Source: an uncultured delta proteobacterium (GTDB lineage: Bacteria; Myxococcota_A; Polyangia; Polyangiales; Polyangiaceae). From it: a stretch of 64,000 bases of DNA. Below are positions 51,846 to 62,600 of this stretch, one piece after another. The DNA lies in NCBI GenBank assembly GCA_963806225.1, contig CAWDXG010000003.1, positions 271,723-335,722 on the forward strand. Direction: 5' to 3'. The notes under the pieces were generated by a model. The model was not told the DNA's origin and did no database searches. It saw only the letters and a program-made list of their open reading frames with translations. How positions within the stretch are numbered: position 1 is the stretch's first letter; every line of letters begins with the position of its first letter. The translations under genes and the position numbers were made by a program.

Positions 51846-53953
51846 GTCGAGTAGGGGCCCCCGGCTAGCCGGGGACCCCTCTCACGGAACCGGACTTGTG
51901 GGCCTCACATCCGGCTCTTCGGGATGCCGGCGTCCCCGACGGCCTTCGGCGTGAGGATACATCCATGGCTCCTCGTGCTTTGGGCGGGCAGGTAGTCCGG
52001 CATCGGCTTGCGCCCACAGCTATCCAAACCCAAGCATGAGCTGGGTCTGGGCGATGGCGTGCTGCCGCTGGTAGCGCTCCCAGAGCAGTTCAAGCGGGAG
52101 GAGTCCGCGTTCGAGGAACGCGGCGTTGGTGAGGGCTCGCGTGACGCGGGACGTGTTGCTGAGAAACCACCAGGACCTGCGCCCCGGCTTGAGCGGCTGC
52201 CAGTCGCGCCCGCGTCGCCGTCTACGCCAATGACGTATCGCGATCGCTCGCAACCTTCTGCGGATGTGCGCATCCAGCTTGTCCAGCTCGCCGAGTTCCG
52301 GCGAGCTGATGATGTGGAAGAAACCTATCCAACCGAGCAGATACTCGTTGACCTGGAAGATGCAGGCGCGCAGCGACTGTCCCCAGGTTCGTGGTGTCAA
52401 CTCGCAGATACGTTCGTCGATGCGGAGCTTGCTCCGTTCCGACAGAAGCACTTCGACGCTGCCATCCATCGGCTCTCGCCGCAGACGAAAACCCACGAAG
52501 TGCCGCTTCTCCGGTCGCGCAACGGCGCTCTTCTTCCGGTTCACCTTGAGCCGCAAGCGGCGCTCGATGAAGTCGGTGATGCTGGCCATCACGCGCTGGC
52601 CGGCGCGCTCACTACTTACGTAGATGTTGCAATCGTCGGCGTAGCGCACGAAGCGGTGACCGCGCTGGACAAGCTCACGGTCGAGCTCATCCAGCACGAT
52701 ATTGCTGAGCAAGGGCGAAAGCGGTCCCCCTTGGGGGGTTCCTTCTTCCGTGCTCACTACCACCCCGTCCGGCATCACCACCTTGGCCTTCAACATCCGG
52801 TGCACCAGCGTCAGGAGTCGCTGGTCGGTGACCCGCTGCTCCAGACGCGCCATCAAGCGTTGGTGGTTGACCCGGTCGAAGAATTTCTCCAGGTCCAGGT
52901 CCACCACCCACTCGTGGCCGTCTTCCAGATACTGCTTGGCTTCGGCGATGGCCGTGTGACAGCTGCGACCCGCCCGGAAGCCGTGGCTACTGGGATGGAA
53001 GTCCGGCTCGTAGTGCGGAGCGAGCACCTGGTACACGCTCTGCTGCACGATCCGGTCGACCACATCCGGTATGCCAAGACCCCGCTGCCCTCCACCCGGC
53101 TTGGGGATCCACACACGGCGGATCATCCCAGGCCGGTAGCTGCCATCGAGCAGCTCGTGGTGCAGCGCCAGCAGGATGCTATCCAGGTGCTCGCGCACCT
53201 CGACGACGTTCTGTCCGTCCGGTCCGGGAGCGCCCTTGTTCGACGCGACACGCTGGAACGCAGTCCTCAGATTCCTCTCGCTCGCCACCTCCTCCATCGT
53301 CATCGCCGGTGGGGCTGTTCCCTTCGTGGTCCGTGGCTTCGGCACCGCGCGCGGCGCAGACCCGGGCCGACCCGGGACCGTTCCGCCGTCGGCCCCTTGC
53401 GGGCTGTCGGCTGTTCCACGGAACAGTTCGAGCTGCTCCACCTGTTTGCTGGCCGTGGTCGCCTTCCCTCCCCGGCGCCGACTCGCATCGGCTCCGGTTG
53501 GGACCGCCTTTCGGCGGCCTTCCGGTACTACGCGACCATCCGACTTCTTCCGTCCCTTCGTCATCTTGTTCTTCCGTTCTCGACGACTACCGCCCACGGC
53601 GGAGGCCGGAAGATCTCCCTGGGTAGGAACGCAGGACTTCGTGCGAAACCGTCGCCACTACTCACGTAGACCCGACGGATATTGGGCATCACTGAGAGCA
53701 GCCAGCTCACCCTGTCCACGTGGCCTTACGGCGCTTCACTTTCGTTCGATTCCACACTGCGCCTTCGGACTTCCACCAGACGCCCCCTCGCGGCGTGCCG
53801 CGACGATTCCACGCCGCAGCACGAAACCCGGTGCTCCGGGCAGGCGCCCTTGTCGTTGGCGTGGGGTTCCCTCCGCCGGGGTCCCCGACGGACTTGAATC
53901 AGCTCGTATTGAACATCTTCTCACCTTCTGTCCTGCGCCCATGCCAGGCGCAC
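51846..53953 (-). mobile_element. Group II intron, class IIC-like, apparently complete
   Basis: 5' end GTGCGCCTGGCATGGGCGCAGG; short domain V GAGCCGGATGTGAGGCCCACAAGTCCGGTTC; domain VI ending ...CCCCTACTCGAC. Boundaries are supported by the empty site at 49649/49650. Confidence 0.93.
52020..53597 (-). CDS. ltrA: Group II intron reverse transcriptase/maturase without endonuclease domain (true start may be ATG 53303)
   Basis: NKGAPGPDG, IPKPGGGQRGLGIP..DR..Q, DLDLEKFFD, GTPQGGPLSPLL, RYADD, maturase X domain; no HNH. Confidence 0.95.
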   Translation of the reverse strand: MGGSRRERKNKMTKGRKKSDGRVVPEGRRKAVPTGADASRRRGGKATTASKQVEQLELFRGTADSPQGADGGTVPGRPGSAPRAVPKPRTTKGTAPPAMTMEEVASERNLRTAFQRVASNKGAPGPDGQNVVEVREHLDSILLALHHELLDGSYRPGMIRRVWIPKPGGGQRGLGIPDVVDRIVQQSVYQVLAPHYEPDFHPSSHGFRAGRSCHTAIAEAKQYLEDGHEWVVDLDLEKFFDRVNHQRLMARLEQRVTDQRLLTLVHRMLKAKVVMPDGVVVSTEEGTPQGGPLSPLLSNIVLDELDRELVQRGHRFVRYADDCNIYVSSERAGQRVMASITDFIERRLRLKVNRKKSAVARPEKRHFVGFRLRREPMDGSVEVLLSERSKLRIDERICELTPRTWGQSLRACIFQVNEYLLGWIGFFHIISSPELGELDKLDAHIRRRLRAIAIRHWRRRRRGRDWQPLKPGRRSWWFLSNTSRVTRALTNAAFLERGLLPLELLWERYQRQHAIAQTQLMLGFG

Positions 53954-54065
53954 TGCTCCCTCCGGTCCGCGCGGGCGGGGTCCCCTCAAGCGCAGGCGCA
54001 GCCCGGCCGGCGCGCCGCGCCGATTCGCGACTGGCCGGGCTGCGCGTGCGCGAGAGGTCCCGACG
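53954..54065 (+). repeat. Type 2 element, right part (left part at 51833-51845), interrupted by the intron
   Basis: TGCTCCCTCCGGTCC...GAGAGGTCCCGACG. Confidence 0.9.
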
Positions 54066-54088
54066 CACCGCTACACCCTCGATCGAGC

Positions 54089-54328
54089 TCAGCGACGCAG
54101 GTCTGCTTCGCCCTCGACGAGCCTGCGCAAGGCGTCGTTGACGGCTTGTGCACTGCCGAAGCGCGGCCACAGGTCGGCATCGATGCGCACGATGCCTTCC
54201 ACGTTCAGGTTCGCGTGGTGACCTCGACCCGGCACCCTGCGGAATCGCGGCGAAGTCAACTCCGGGACCTCCGCGAGCGACGCTGCGCTCGGCTCGTCAG
54301 TCCCCTTGCTCCTAGATGCGTCGCTCAT
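54089..54328 (-). CDS. BrnA-like antitoxin
   Basis: VRIDADLWPRFGSAQAVNDALRRL; overlaps a BrnT-like remnant. Confidence 0.7.
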   Translation of the reverse strand: MSDASRSKGTDEPSAASLAEVPELTSPRFRRVPGRGHHANLNVEGIVRIDADLWPRFGSAQAVNDALRRLVEGEADLRR

Positions 54329-54460
54329 GGCTTGTTGCGCGGCGGGCAGTGATGATCCGCACCCGCTCATGTGGCCGCACGGTAACTACGCACAGGGATA
54401 GCGCCGCCCGGCGCAAACGCCAGCGTTACGAGGCGGTCCGGGAAGAGCGTCCGCGACGGT
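54312..54460 (-). pseudogene. BrnT-like toxin C-terminal remnant (frameshifted, N-terminus missing)
   Basis: DRLVTLAFAPGGAI / CVVTVRPHERVRIITARRATSHERRI*; RIITARRA is BrnT-like. Confidence 0.6.
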
Positions 54461-54518
54461 CGTCCTCGTGTCGACGAGGCGTTCGGCGCTCGGAGTGCGC
54501 CTGCGCCGCTCGGGGCAT

Positions 54519-54667
54519 GGGATGCTCCCCAGCGCTGGGCGTCGCGGGAGCGCCCGTCCGTCCTCGCTGCGCTGCGGGCGGGCGGGGTCCCTCCTGCGCA
54601 GGCGCTGCCCGGCCGGCGTGGCACGCCTCATCACGACCCGCCGGGCTGCGCGTGCGCGAGAGGTCCC
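54519..54667 (+). repeat. Type 2 element
   Basis: Full-length copy; overlaps the stop of the ATPase gene. Confidence 0.88.
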
Positions 54668-56103
54668 AGCTGTCCCCCTGCGGTCTTTGGCAGGTTCGGG
54701 CGGTTTGCGTCCGCTCGCGCTGCGAGCGCGCGCTGGAGCTCGCTGCGCGTCATCGGTCCGCGCATCCAGCTCATGGCCCAGCGCGGTTGCAGGAGCTGCA
54801 CGTCCTCGCGGCTGTGCACGTCGCGGATCACGAACCAGCGCGGCGCCAGGCGCTGCACGATGTCGTCGAGCTCGCGGGCGGGCGCGCCGGTGGAGGCCAT
54901 GCCCTCGATGACGCGCTCCCGGTCGGCGTTCGTCTGCAGGCGGCCGAGGCACCACACGCCCGCGTTGCCGAGCGCGCGATAGTCCAGGTCCATCGGGTTC
55001 TGGGTGGCGAGCACGACGCCCACGCCGAAGGCGCGCGCCTGCTTCATGAGCGAGACGATGGGGCGCTTGGTCGGCGGATTGGCGGGATACGGCGGCAGGA
55101 AGCCGTACACCTCGTCGAACAGCACCAGCGCGCGCAGCCGCTGGCTGCCCGGCAGCGAGCGCGTCCAGGCCAGCAGCTCCTCGAAGATGACGCCCAGCAC
55201 CAGCGCGCGTTCCTCGTCGTCGAGGTGCGCCACGCTGACGATGACCGCGGGCGTGCGGCCGTCCGCGGTGCGCGAGAGCCACGCGCCCACGTCGATGCCC
55301 GCGCCGGTGCGCCAGCTCTCGAAGCTCGGCGAGGCGAGCAGGCCGTTCAGCGCGGCGGCGAGATCGGCGCGCTCCTTCTTCTTCATGAACGCATCCAGCC
55401 CGAGCGCGCCGATGCGCTCGATGGGCGGCTTCATCAGATCGCCGATCAGCGTCTCGAGATCCGCGCCCTCGCCCGCGCGCAGGTGGCGCTCGGCCAGCAC
55501 CGAGAGCAGCACGTGCTCGCGACTGCGCGCCGGATCCGGATCGCGCCCGACCAGCCGCAGCACCAGCGAGACCGCCGCCGCAAGCGACGCGCTGGCCGCT
55601 TCCGGATCCGTATCCCAGCGCGGCGATCGCCGCTCCAGCGACGACAGCACGTGCAGCGACTCGCCCGCGCTCGAGCCGGGCGTGATGACGCGCACGTAGG
55701 TTTTCCGGTGGAACGCGCGCAGATCCTTCTCGGCGATGCCCCACGCCGTCAGCGCGGCGCGGCGCTTGTCGGCGATGGCCTGCGCGATGTCCGCGGGCGC
55801 GCGCTCGTCGCCGGGCTCCGTCACGGCGCCGACCCACGGCAGGAGCGCGCTCGCGTCGAACGACGGGAAGTTCAAGAGCAGATCCGGCAGATCGCCCTTC
55901 ACGTCGATCATCAAGACGGGCACCCGCGCGCGCAGCGCTTCTTCCGCCGTGACCAGGGCGAGCCCCGTCTTGCCGCTCCCGGTCATCCCCACGATCACGC
56001 CGTGCGTGACCAGGTGATGCGCCGGGAGCTGCAGCGGGTGCGGCGGACCCGAGCCGTCGAGGGCGGCGGTGTTGCCAAGATACAGAGACGGTTTGCGCGA
56101 CAT
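54631..56103 (-). CDS. HerA/FtsK-like (DUF87/DUF853) ATPase
   Basis: THGVIVGMTGSGKTGL, IDVKGD, FDEVYG, KQARAFGVG.VLATQNP.DLDY. Confidence 0.88.
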   Translation of the reverse strand: MSRKPSLYLGNTAALDGSGPPHPLQLPAHHLVTHGVIVGMTGSGKTGLALVTAEEALRARVPVLMIDVKGDLPDLLLNFPSFDASALLPWVGAVTEPGDERAPADIAQAIADKRRAALTAWGIAEKDLRAFHRKTYVRVITPGSSAGESLHVLSSLERRSPRWDTDPEAASASLAAAVSLVLRLVGRDPDPARSREHVLLSVLAERHLRAGEGADLETLIGDLMKPPIERIGALGLDAFMKKKERADLAAALNGLLASPSFESWRTGAGIDVGAWLSRTADGRTPAVIVSVAHLDDEERALVLGVIFEELLAWTRSLPGSQRLRALVLFDEVYGFLPPYPANPPTKRPIVSLMKQARAFGVGVVLATQNPMDLDYRALGNAGVWCLGRLQTNADRERVIEGMASTGAPARELDDIVQRLAPRWFVIRDVHSREDVQLLQPRWAMSWMRGPMTRSELQRALAARADANRPNLPKTAGGQLGPLAHAQPGGS

Positions 56104-56139
56104 CGCGATGCTCCTCGACGGCCCAGGTCCTTGCGCTGC

Positions 56140-57082
56140 CTACGCGCCCGGCGCGGTGAAGGGCGACGTGCCAGGCATGCCAGGGGTCGGCTGGGCGGCG
56201 CCGTTGCCGGGCGTGGCGGGCGAGGCAGCGGGCTTGTCGCCGGCTTTCGTGTCGGCCGGCGCGGTCGCGGCCGTTGCGGCCTTGTGAGCCGCCGCGCCCG
56301 TGTAGATCGACGGCGCGATGTGGTCGATCGACTCGCCCCAGTGCAGATACGTCGCCGCACGGTGCACCTGGTCGTAGGCGTTGGCGAACAGCGTGAACGC
56401 GCGCTCGCGCTGATCGGCCGCCGCGTTTTTCGCCGCGTCCCGTTGTTCGCGCGCGGCGACGGACAAGCAGCAGCTTCTCGGTCAGGACCTGCGCGTTGGT
56501 GAGCTCGTCCTGCGTCACGGCGGTCTTGCCTGCGATCTTCGGCCAGGCCGCGCGCATCATCGCCACCAGCGTGCCCACGTCGTACGCGACGTTCTTGTAG
56601 CCGGGTCCGCCTTTCAGATCGCCGAGCCGCGTCTGGTCGAGGTAGCCGCGCGCGGCGAGCGCCTTGGCGCTGGCGAGCAGCTTCTCGCGCTCGGCGGTGA
56701 GCTCGTCGGCGAGACCGGGCACGATCTCGACGGGCTTGGACGCGGCGTTGTACAGCATCTGCGCGAAGGCCAGCGCCTCGGCGTACACGTCGAGCTGCTC
56801 GATCGCTTTCATGTCGAACCCGGGCAGCTGCTTGGCCGGCTCGGCGAGCTTCTGGATGGTGGGGAAGTTGCCGAGAGCGGTGTTCACCGCGTTGGGGATG
56901 TTGGCGTTGACCTGGATGAGCCGATCCTCGGGCAGCGCGTCGCGCTCCGCGGCGAGCGACTCGTACGCCTGCCGGAATTTCTCGGCCTGCTGCGGCGTGG
57001 CCTGGACTTCCGCGTGGTCGTCCGCGGTGGTGTCGTCGGTCGTGTTGCTGGTGTCGGTTGGCTTGTTGGTGTCGGTGGTCAT
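56140..57082 (-). CDS. Hypothetical alpha-helical protein; frameshift near 56465
   Basis: GGAG RBS upstream of ATG 57082; typical coding composition; continues in ORF 56140-56466 (ERAFTLFANAYDQV...APSIY). Confidence 0.75.
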
Positions 57083-57202
57083 TTCGATACTCCTTCATCG
57101 TCAGGGTGCGCGGGATTGCGCCCCAGGCGTCCTCGGCGAGCGCGTCGCAGCCGCGATCGGGCTCTGCCTTGCAGCCCCGCTTCAGCGGGGGCTTCCGTCA
57201 GG

Positions 57203-57552
57203 GCCCGTCGACGGCCCGTTGACATTGCGTGGCAATACATTTCGGGGGTCGACGGCCCGTTGACATTGCGTGGCAATACATTTCGGCCGTTGACCCCCTC
57301 CGATCGATTGACCGGCAATGCCTTCTGGCCGTTGACCCCCTTCGATCGATTGCCGGGCAATGCATCTGGGCCGTCGACCCCCTCCGGAAGGTGGCCCGCG
57401 AGCGATTTTCGGCCCGTCCGCGGCCGAAATCCGCTGCTGACGAACCAGAACGAGGCCGTTGACCGCCTCCGGGCATTGCCGGGCAATGCTTCCGGGGGGG
57501 TCGACGGCCGTTTGACATTGCGTGGCAATACATTTCGGCCGTTGACCCCCCT
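57203..57552. repeat. 41-42-bp degenerate tandem array, ~8 units
   Basis: GTYGAC at 41-42-bp spacing with ATTGC-N3-GCAAT palindromes, upstream of the 57082 gene. Confidence 0.85.
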
Positions 57553-57591
57553 GCCGGCGGGCTGCCAGGGCTGTTGTCGTCGGTTCCGGTC

Positions 57592-59876
57592 ATGGTCGAG
57601 CCACGCCTTCAGCAGCTTGCGTGCCAGAAGCGGCCTGCGATCCGCGTCGCGGTGGCTCGTTGTGCCGATCCAGCTTGTTTTCCGCCAGAACCTCCGCGCG
57701 CGAGCGCCGATCGGGAGCCTCTGGGGCCTTGGCTCGAGCCGGCTCGAGCCGGCTCGAGCCGGGCCGGACCCGGGCCGGGCCCGGGGCGCCTCTCCCGGAT
57801 CCGCGCCACTTCCGGTATCCTGGGGCTGGTGGATTGGGGTCAGCTCGAGCTCCGGCTCTGGGCGGCGCCTGGGCACGAGCCACGTGCGGCTACTTCAATG
57901 CCGGCGGAAGGCCTCGCGCTCACGCGCGACCTGCTTGGAGCGGACACACGCGTCTCTCGCGGCGCGAACGCGGTGCAGCTCACGCGCGAGGGCCGCGTCA
58001 GCGTGCGCGTGCGCGTGCCCGGGGGCGCACTGGTGCGGCCGCTCGTGATCGAGGACACGACGCTCGTCTCGCTCCAGAGCGACGTGCCGCCGTCGACGGC
58101 GGAGTGGCGCGTCTCGCCGGGTCGGCTTGGCGAGCCGTGGATCACCGCGACGGCGAACGGCAGCGCGCTCGCCCTGCTGCGCGCTGCCGTGTGGGACGAG
58201 AAGAGCGAGCTGATGCACCTCGTCCGACTGCCGCGCCCCGCGCTGGTCGAGCCGGGGAACGAAGCCAGCTTCGTGCTGCCCGTCACCATCGCGATCGCCG
58301 GTGCCGCCCTCGACATCACCACGGCGCTCACCGCCGCGCCGGCAGCCAGCCCGGGGACCTGCGTGGCGAGCTTCGACGTGGTGCCCCTCCGGCACTCGCT
58401 AGGCTCGCCCGAGCCGCTCGAACAGCTCGCGGCCACGCCCGCCGCCGAAGCGATCTGGATCCCCGGCGTCGATCACGTGCTCGACTGGCAGAGCGCGGAG
58501 CGCGCGGTGGCAGCGGGCGCGCCGCCCGGCGCAAGCTGGTTCCTGCTGCCCGCGCTCACGGAAGACGGCGGCGAGCTCGTGCTGCTCGCCTTCCGCGACA
58601 AGGCAGGCCGCTGGCACCTCGCCGGCACGGGGCGCGATCCGGCAAGCTGGATTGCGGAGCTGGCAAGCCGGGTAGCCGGCGAGGTCCGGTGCTCGAGCGC
58701 GCTGCCGCACCTCCCCGACCGGGCAGCGCCTGGCGCCGTCGCGGCTCGCGCTCGGCACGCCCGAACGCTTCGGCGACTTCATCACCTACGACGCCGCCGA
58801 CGGCCGACGCGCGTCGGCAGCTCCGCCCGGCCGCGCCGTCCGCGCTCTCGGTGCTGCTGCTCGGCGAGAGCGGCACCGGCAAGGAGCTGCTCGCCGCTGC
58901 GCTGCACGAACACTCCGGGCGCAGGGGCGCGTTCATCCCCGTGAGCTGCGCCGCCATCCCGGAGAACCTGATGGAGAGCGAGCTCTTCGGCCACGTCGGC
59001 GGCGCCTACACCGGCGCGCGCGGCGACCGCCCCGGCGCCTTCGCCGCCGCGCACGGCGGCACGCTCTTCCTCGACGAAATCGGCGACGCGCCCCTGTCCG
59101 TGCAGCTCGGCCTGCTGCGCGCGCTCGAGACCCGCCGCATCAAGCCCGTCGGCTCCGATCGCGAGATCGAGGTCGACGTGCGCGTCGTCGCCGCCACCAG
59201 CCGCGACCTCGACCAGCTCGTCGCAGGCCGAGCGCTTCCGCGTCGACCTCTACCACCGCATCGCCCAGCTCGCCGTGCGCATTCCCCCGCTCCGCGATCG
59301 CCCCGCCGACGTCGAGTGGCTCGCCGAGGATCTGCTCGCGCGCCGCCGCCCCCGCGCGCCAGCTCACCGAGCGCGCCCGCGCCGCCCTCGTCGCCCACCC
59401 CTGGCCCGGCAACGTCCGCGAGCTCCGCAACACCATCGAGCGCGCCGTCGCCCTCGGCGGCACCGAGGGCCCACTCGACGCGCAGGATCTGATGCTCCAG
59501 CCGGGCACGCCCACGCGGCGCAGCTCCGCCCCCGCGGCGCGCATCGCGCATCGTGTTCCCGGCGGCGATCGCCGGGCTCGCCCGCCGCGCCCTCGGCGAA
59601 GGCAGCATGCCCAGGCCCGGCGGCCCGCCCCGACGCGCCCGCACCGAACAGCGCGCCGCCTTCCTCTACCTCCGCACCGAACAGCCCGACGCCCCATGGA
59701 CGCTGCCCCTCAAGCGCCAGTTCGACCGCCTCTTCCGCCCCCCCTGGGCCACCACCGAACAAGGCCGCAGCCTCGCCGAGCTCATGGCCCAGCTCGGCCT
59801 GCATATCGGCGATGCGCGGGATCGGGAGGCGATGGGGGAGCTGCTGAGGGGAGCGGGGGTGGAGGGCGGCGGGTGA
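57592..59876 (+). CDS. Sigma-54-dependent enhancer-binding protein; several frameshifts
   Basis: [52 protein letters not shown], spread across frames. Confidence 0.78.
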
Positions 59877-59892
59877 ACGGCTTCGCGCACCG

Positions 59893-60862
59893 CTATTTCA
59901 CCCAGCCCATCCGCCGCCCCAGCGGGCGGAAGAGGCGCGTGAAGTAGCGGAGGTAGAGCGCAGGGGTGACGGGCTGGTCGTAGATCGACGCCATGATGTC
60001 GATCGGCGGCACGACGGTGTTCCGCAGCCAGCGCGGCACGCGCTCCGGCGGTGCGGCGAGCAGCATGGCCAGCGCGCGCGGGTAGTCGTGGCGCGGGCGC
60101 TCCTGGTCCACGTCGCTGGCGGAGACCAGACGCCGGAGCCAGCGCGCCCGCTCCGTGTCGAACGGCGGCGGCGCCTCGAGCATGCCGCGCTCCGCCGCGA
60201 TGTGCAGCGAGTAGGCCACGACGTGTTCCATCCGGAAGCCCGCCGCCAGCTCGCGGAATGCCGCGCGATCCAGATCCTTCTGCCAGAGGTTCCAGGCCCA
60301 GGCCACGTCGCGCAGGATGCGGAGCTCCGACGCGCGATGCTGCACGAAATGCGACGCCAGGTGCACGATCGTCAGCGCCGGATCGAACACGCGGATTTCC
60401 CGCCCCGCAGAGCTCGATGCGCTGCGTGTGGCGCCACACCAGCTCCTCGTCCGCCGGGTACAGCGGCCAGGGGAACGGCGACCAGTGCACCTCGGCCCAC
60501 AGCCACGTGCCACCCTGTTCCCGGCCGAGAGCCGCCTCGAAGTTCACCGCCAGCTGCGACTCGAGCTTCACGAACGGCGGCGGCGCGTAGCCGAGCCCGC
60601 GCAGCGCGCCCACCGCCCGCTCCGCGTCGCGCCGGTGGACCAGCAGATCGTTGTCGATCATCCAGCCGCGCCGGTGCGTGTCCACACCCAGCCGCCGCGC
60701 CAGCACCGGCCCCTTCATCGACACCCACTCGATGCCCGCCGCCGACAGCGCCGCGCCCAGCCGCCACAGCTCCGCCTCGAGCTGCAGGGCGCGGGCCGTC
60801 TTCTGGAGAACGTCGGGGTCCAAAGCAGCAACGTTGTATCCGCTGGCGGACGGCGCCGCCAC
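59893..60862 (-). CDS. Nucleotidyltransferase family (NTP_transf_5-like); frameshift near 60405
   Basis: SMKGPVLA, DNDLLV, AEVHW, IVHLASH. Confidence 0.75.
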
Positions 60863-60929
60863 AGCCCGTTTCTTTGCGGTCCGCTCGGCGCTGGCAGCGC
60901 TGCGCCTCGTGTGAGCTGTCGCCGGCAGG

Positions 60930-61480
60930 CTAGATGCTCAGTCCCTTGACGCGGAAGGGCGGCGCTTCGCTGCAGTCTGCGACGGACCTCATCCAGGCCG
61001 CGAACGTAGATCACGTTGCCGCCACGTCGTGTGTCGCCCAGCGGCTCCAGGGCTCGCGAAAACGGATGATACCCACAGGCTACGAAGCCCGCTCGATCGA
61101 GACGCTGCTGCACGTTCCGGTCCTGGTAGCCGTATTGGCCGCCGGAACCGTTGAGCCCCACGATCACAGCCAGGAGCGACTCCTTCTCCAGGGTTCGGGC
61201 CGCCCCGCCGAGCGCCGATTCCTCGAAGCCTTCGACATCGAGCTTCAGCAGCGTGGGCTGCTCGTCTTCGAGCGCGGCATCCAGCGTCACCACTGGCACC
61301 TCCACCACGTCGGCAGCTCCCTGCTCCGCACTCGTCGCGACGTGGTTCACGGTGTCCAGACCCGCAGTGAAGACCAATCGACCCGGCTCGGCCGCGACCC
61401 CGCTCATTTCGGCCCGGACGCGATCTTCAATCGCGTTCAGGCGGATGTTCCGGCGGAGCGCTGCGGCCCCCCGGCGGCCA
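60930..61480 (-). pseudogene. FkbM family methyltransferase, 5'-truncated or frameshifted
   Basis: LRRNIRLN, VPVVTLD, LLKLDVEGFE. Confidence 0.7.
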
Positions 61481-61596
61481 ACCTCCATCACCCGGCCGCG
61501 AGCTCCGCAACACCAACGTCCTCGGCAGGCCCGGGGGCCGGCACCGCCGCGCCCGCACCGAACAGCACTCGTGCGCACGCCGAAGACCGGATGAAT

Positions 61597-62158
61597 CTAG
61601 CGGTCGGAATCGGCGGGAGCTCAACCGGGCGGCTGCTTCTTCCGCATACCGATGGGCCGAGCAGGATTGCCCCCCACGATGGTCCAGGCTGGCACGTCGC
61701 GGAAGACACTCGCTCGCGCTCCGACCACTGCCCCCTCGTGCACAGTAACGCCCGGCCCCACAAAGCATCTGCAGCGACCCAGGCACCGCTTTCGATCGCG
61801 ATGGGCTTGGGGACTAGCCTGAAGCCTGGGTCATTGTAGTCGTGAGTAGCCGCGCAAAGGTTAGAGAGTACTGACTTACCACCGCATTCGCGTCGATGCT
61901 GACCTTGTCGACACAGTAGATATCGACCTCGTCGCCGATGACCGCGTGATCGCCAATCTCCATTCCACGGCGCGTACACGCGAGCCCGGCGGTCGATGCG
62001 AGCGCCACGCCCGATCTTGGCACCGATCGACGTAGAATCGCACGGCGCCAACCGTGCGCTGTCCGCGGCGACGGGCGAAACAGGCACACGTATGCTCCCC
62101 ACCAGGCGACCCGCCCCAGCTTGTTCTTGAGGGACAGCTCTGACTTGACCGCTGCCAC
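61597..62158 (-). CDS. WcaF-like polysaccharide O-acetyltransferase; multiple frameshifts
   Basis: [11 protein letters not shown]...LFRPSPR...[42 protein letters not shown]. Confidence 0.75.
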
Positions 62159-62362
62159 GCCGACGGTTCCCGTGGAGGAGGCGTGCGCCGCGCGGATTGC
62201 CGCTGTTCACTCATGTGCGTGACTGTTCGGCAGTCTCGCACGGCTGCAGCGACAGCTCAACCAGCCGCGCACCGGCACCCAGAATGCGCGTTCCGTAGCC
62301 CACGCTCACGCCGCATCGTGATGGTGCCGTCGTTCCGGCCAGATGCCGCGATGGCCCGGACC

Positions 62363-62600
62363 GGCGACCAGTGCACCTTGGCGGCGCCGGAGGACAAGCA
62401 ATCGGTCTCCATCATCCAGCCGCGCCGGTGCGTGTCCACACCCAGCCGCCGAGCCACACCGGCCCCTTCATCGACACCCACTCGACGCCCGTCCGCCGAA
62501 AGCGCCGCCCCCAACCGCCACAGCTCCGCCTCGAGCTGCAGGGCGCGGGCTGTCTTCTGGAGAACGTCCGGTCCCAAAGCAGCAACGTTGTATCCGCTGG
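62363..62600 (-). pseudogene. Internally deleted, diverged copy of the 5' part of the 59893-60862 gene
   Basis: ASGYNVAAL.PDVLQKTARALQLEAELWRLGAALSA...LGVDTHRRGWM matches 60657-60850; VHWSP matches 60477-60495. Confidence 0.85.

Noticed and set aside
52020..53597. RT as a retron, Abi or CRISPR-associated RT
   Set aside because: It has canonical group II intron ends, domains V/VI, a maturase domain and an empty target site.
38585..54667. Type 2 element as an integron attC site
   Set aside because: It has no RYYYAAC/GTTRRRY ends, no IntI is present, and the cargo genes are in mixed orientation.
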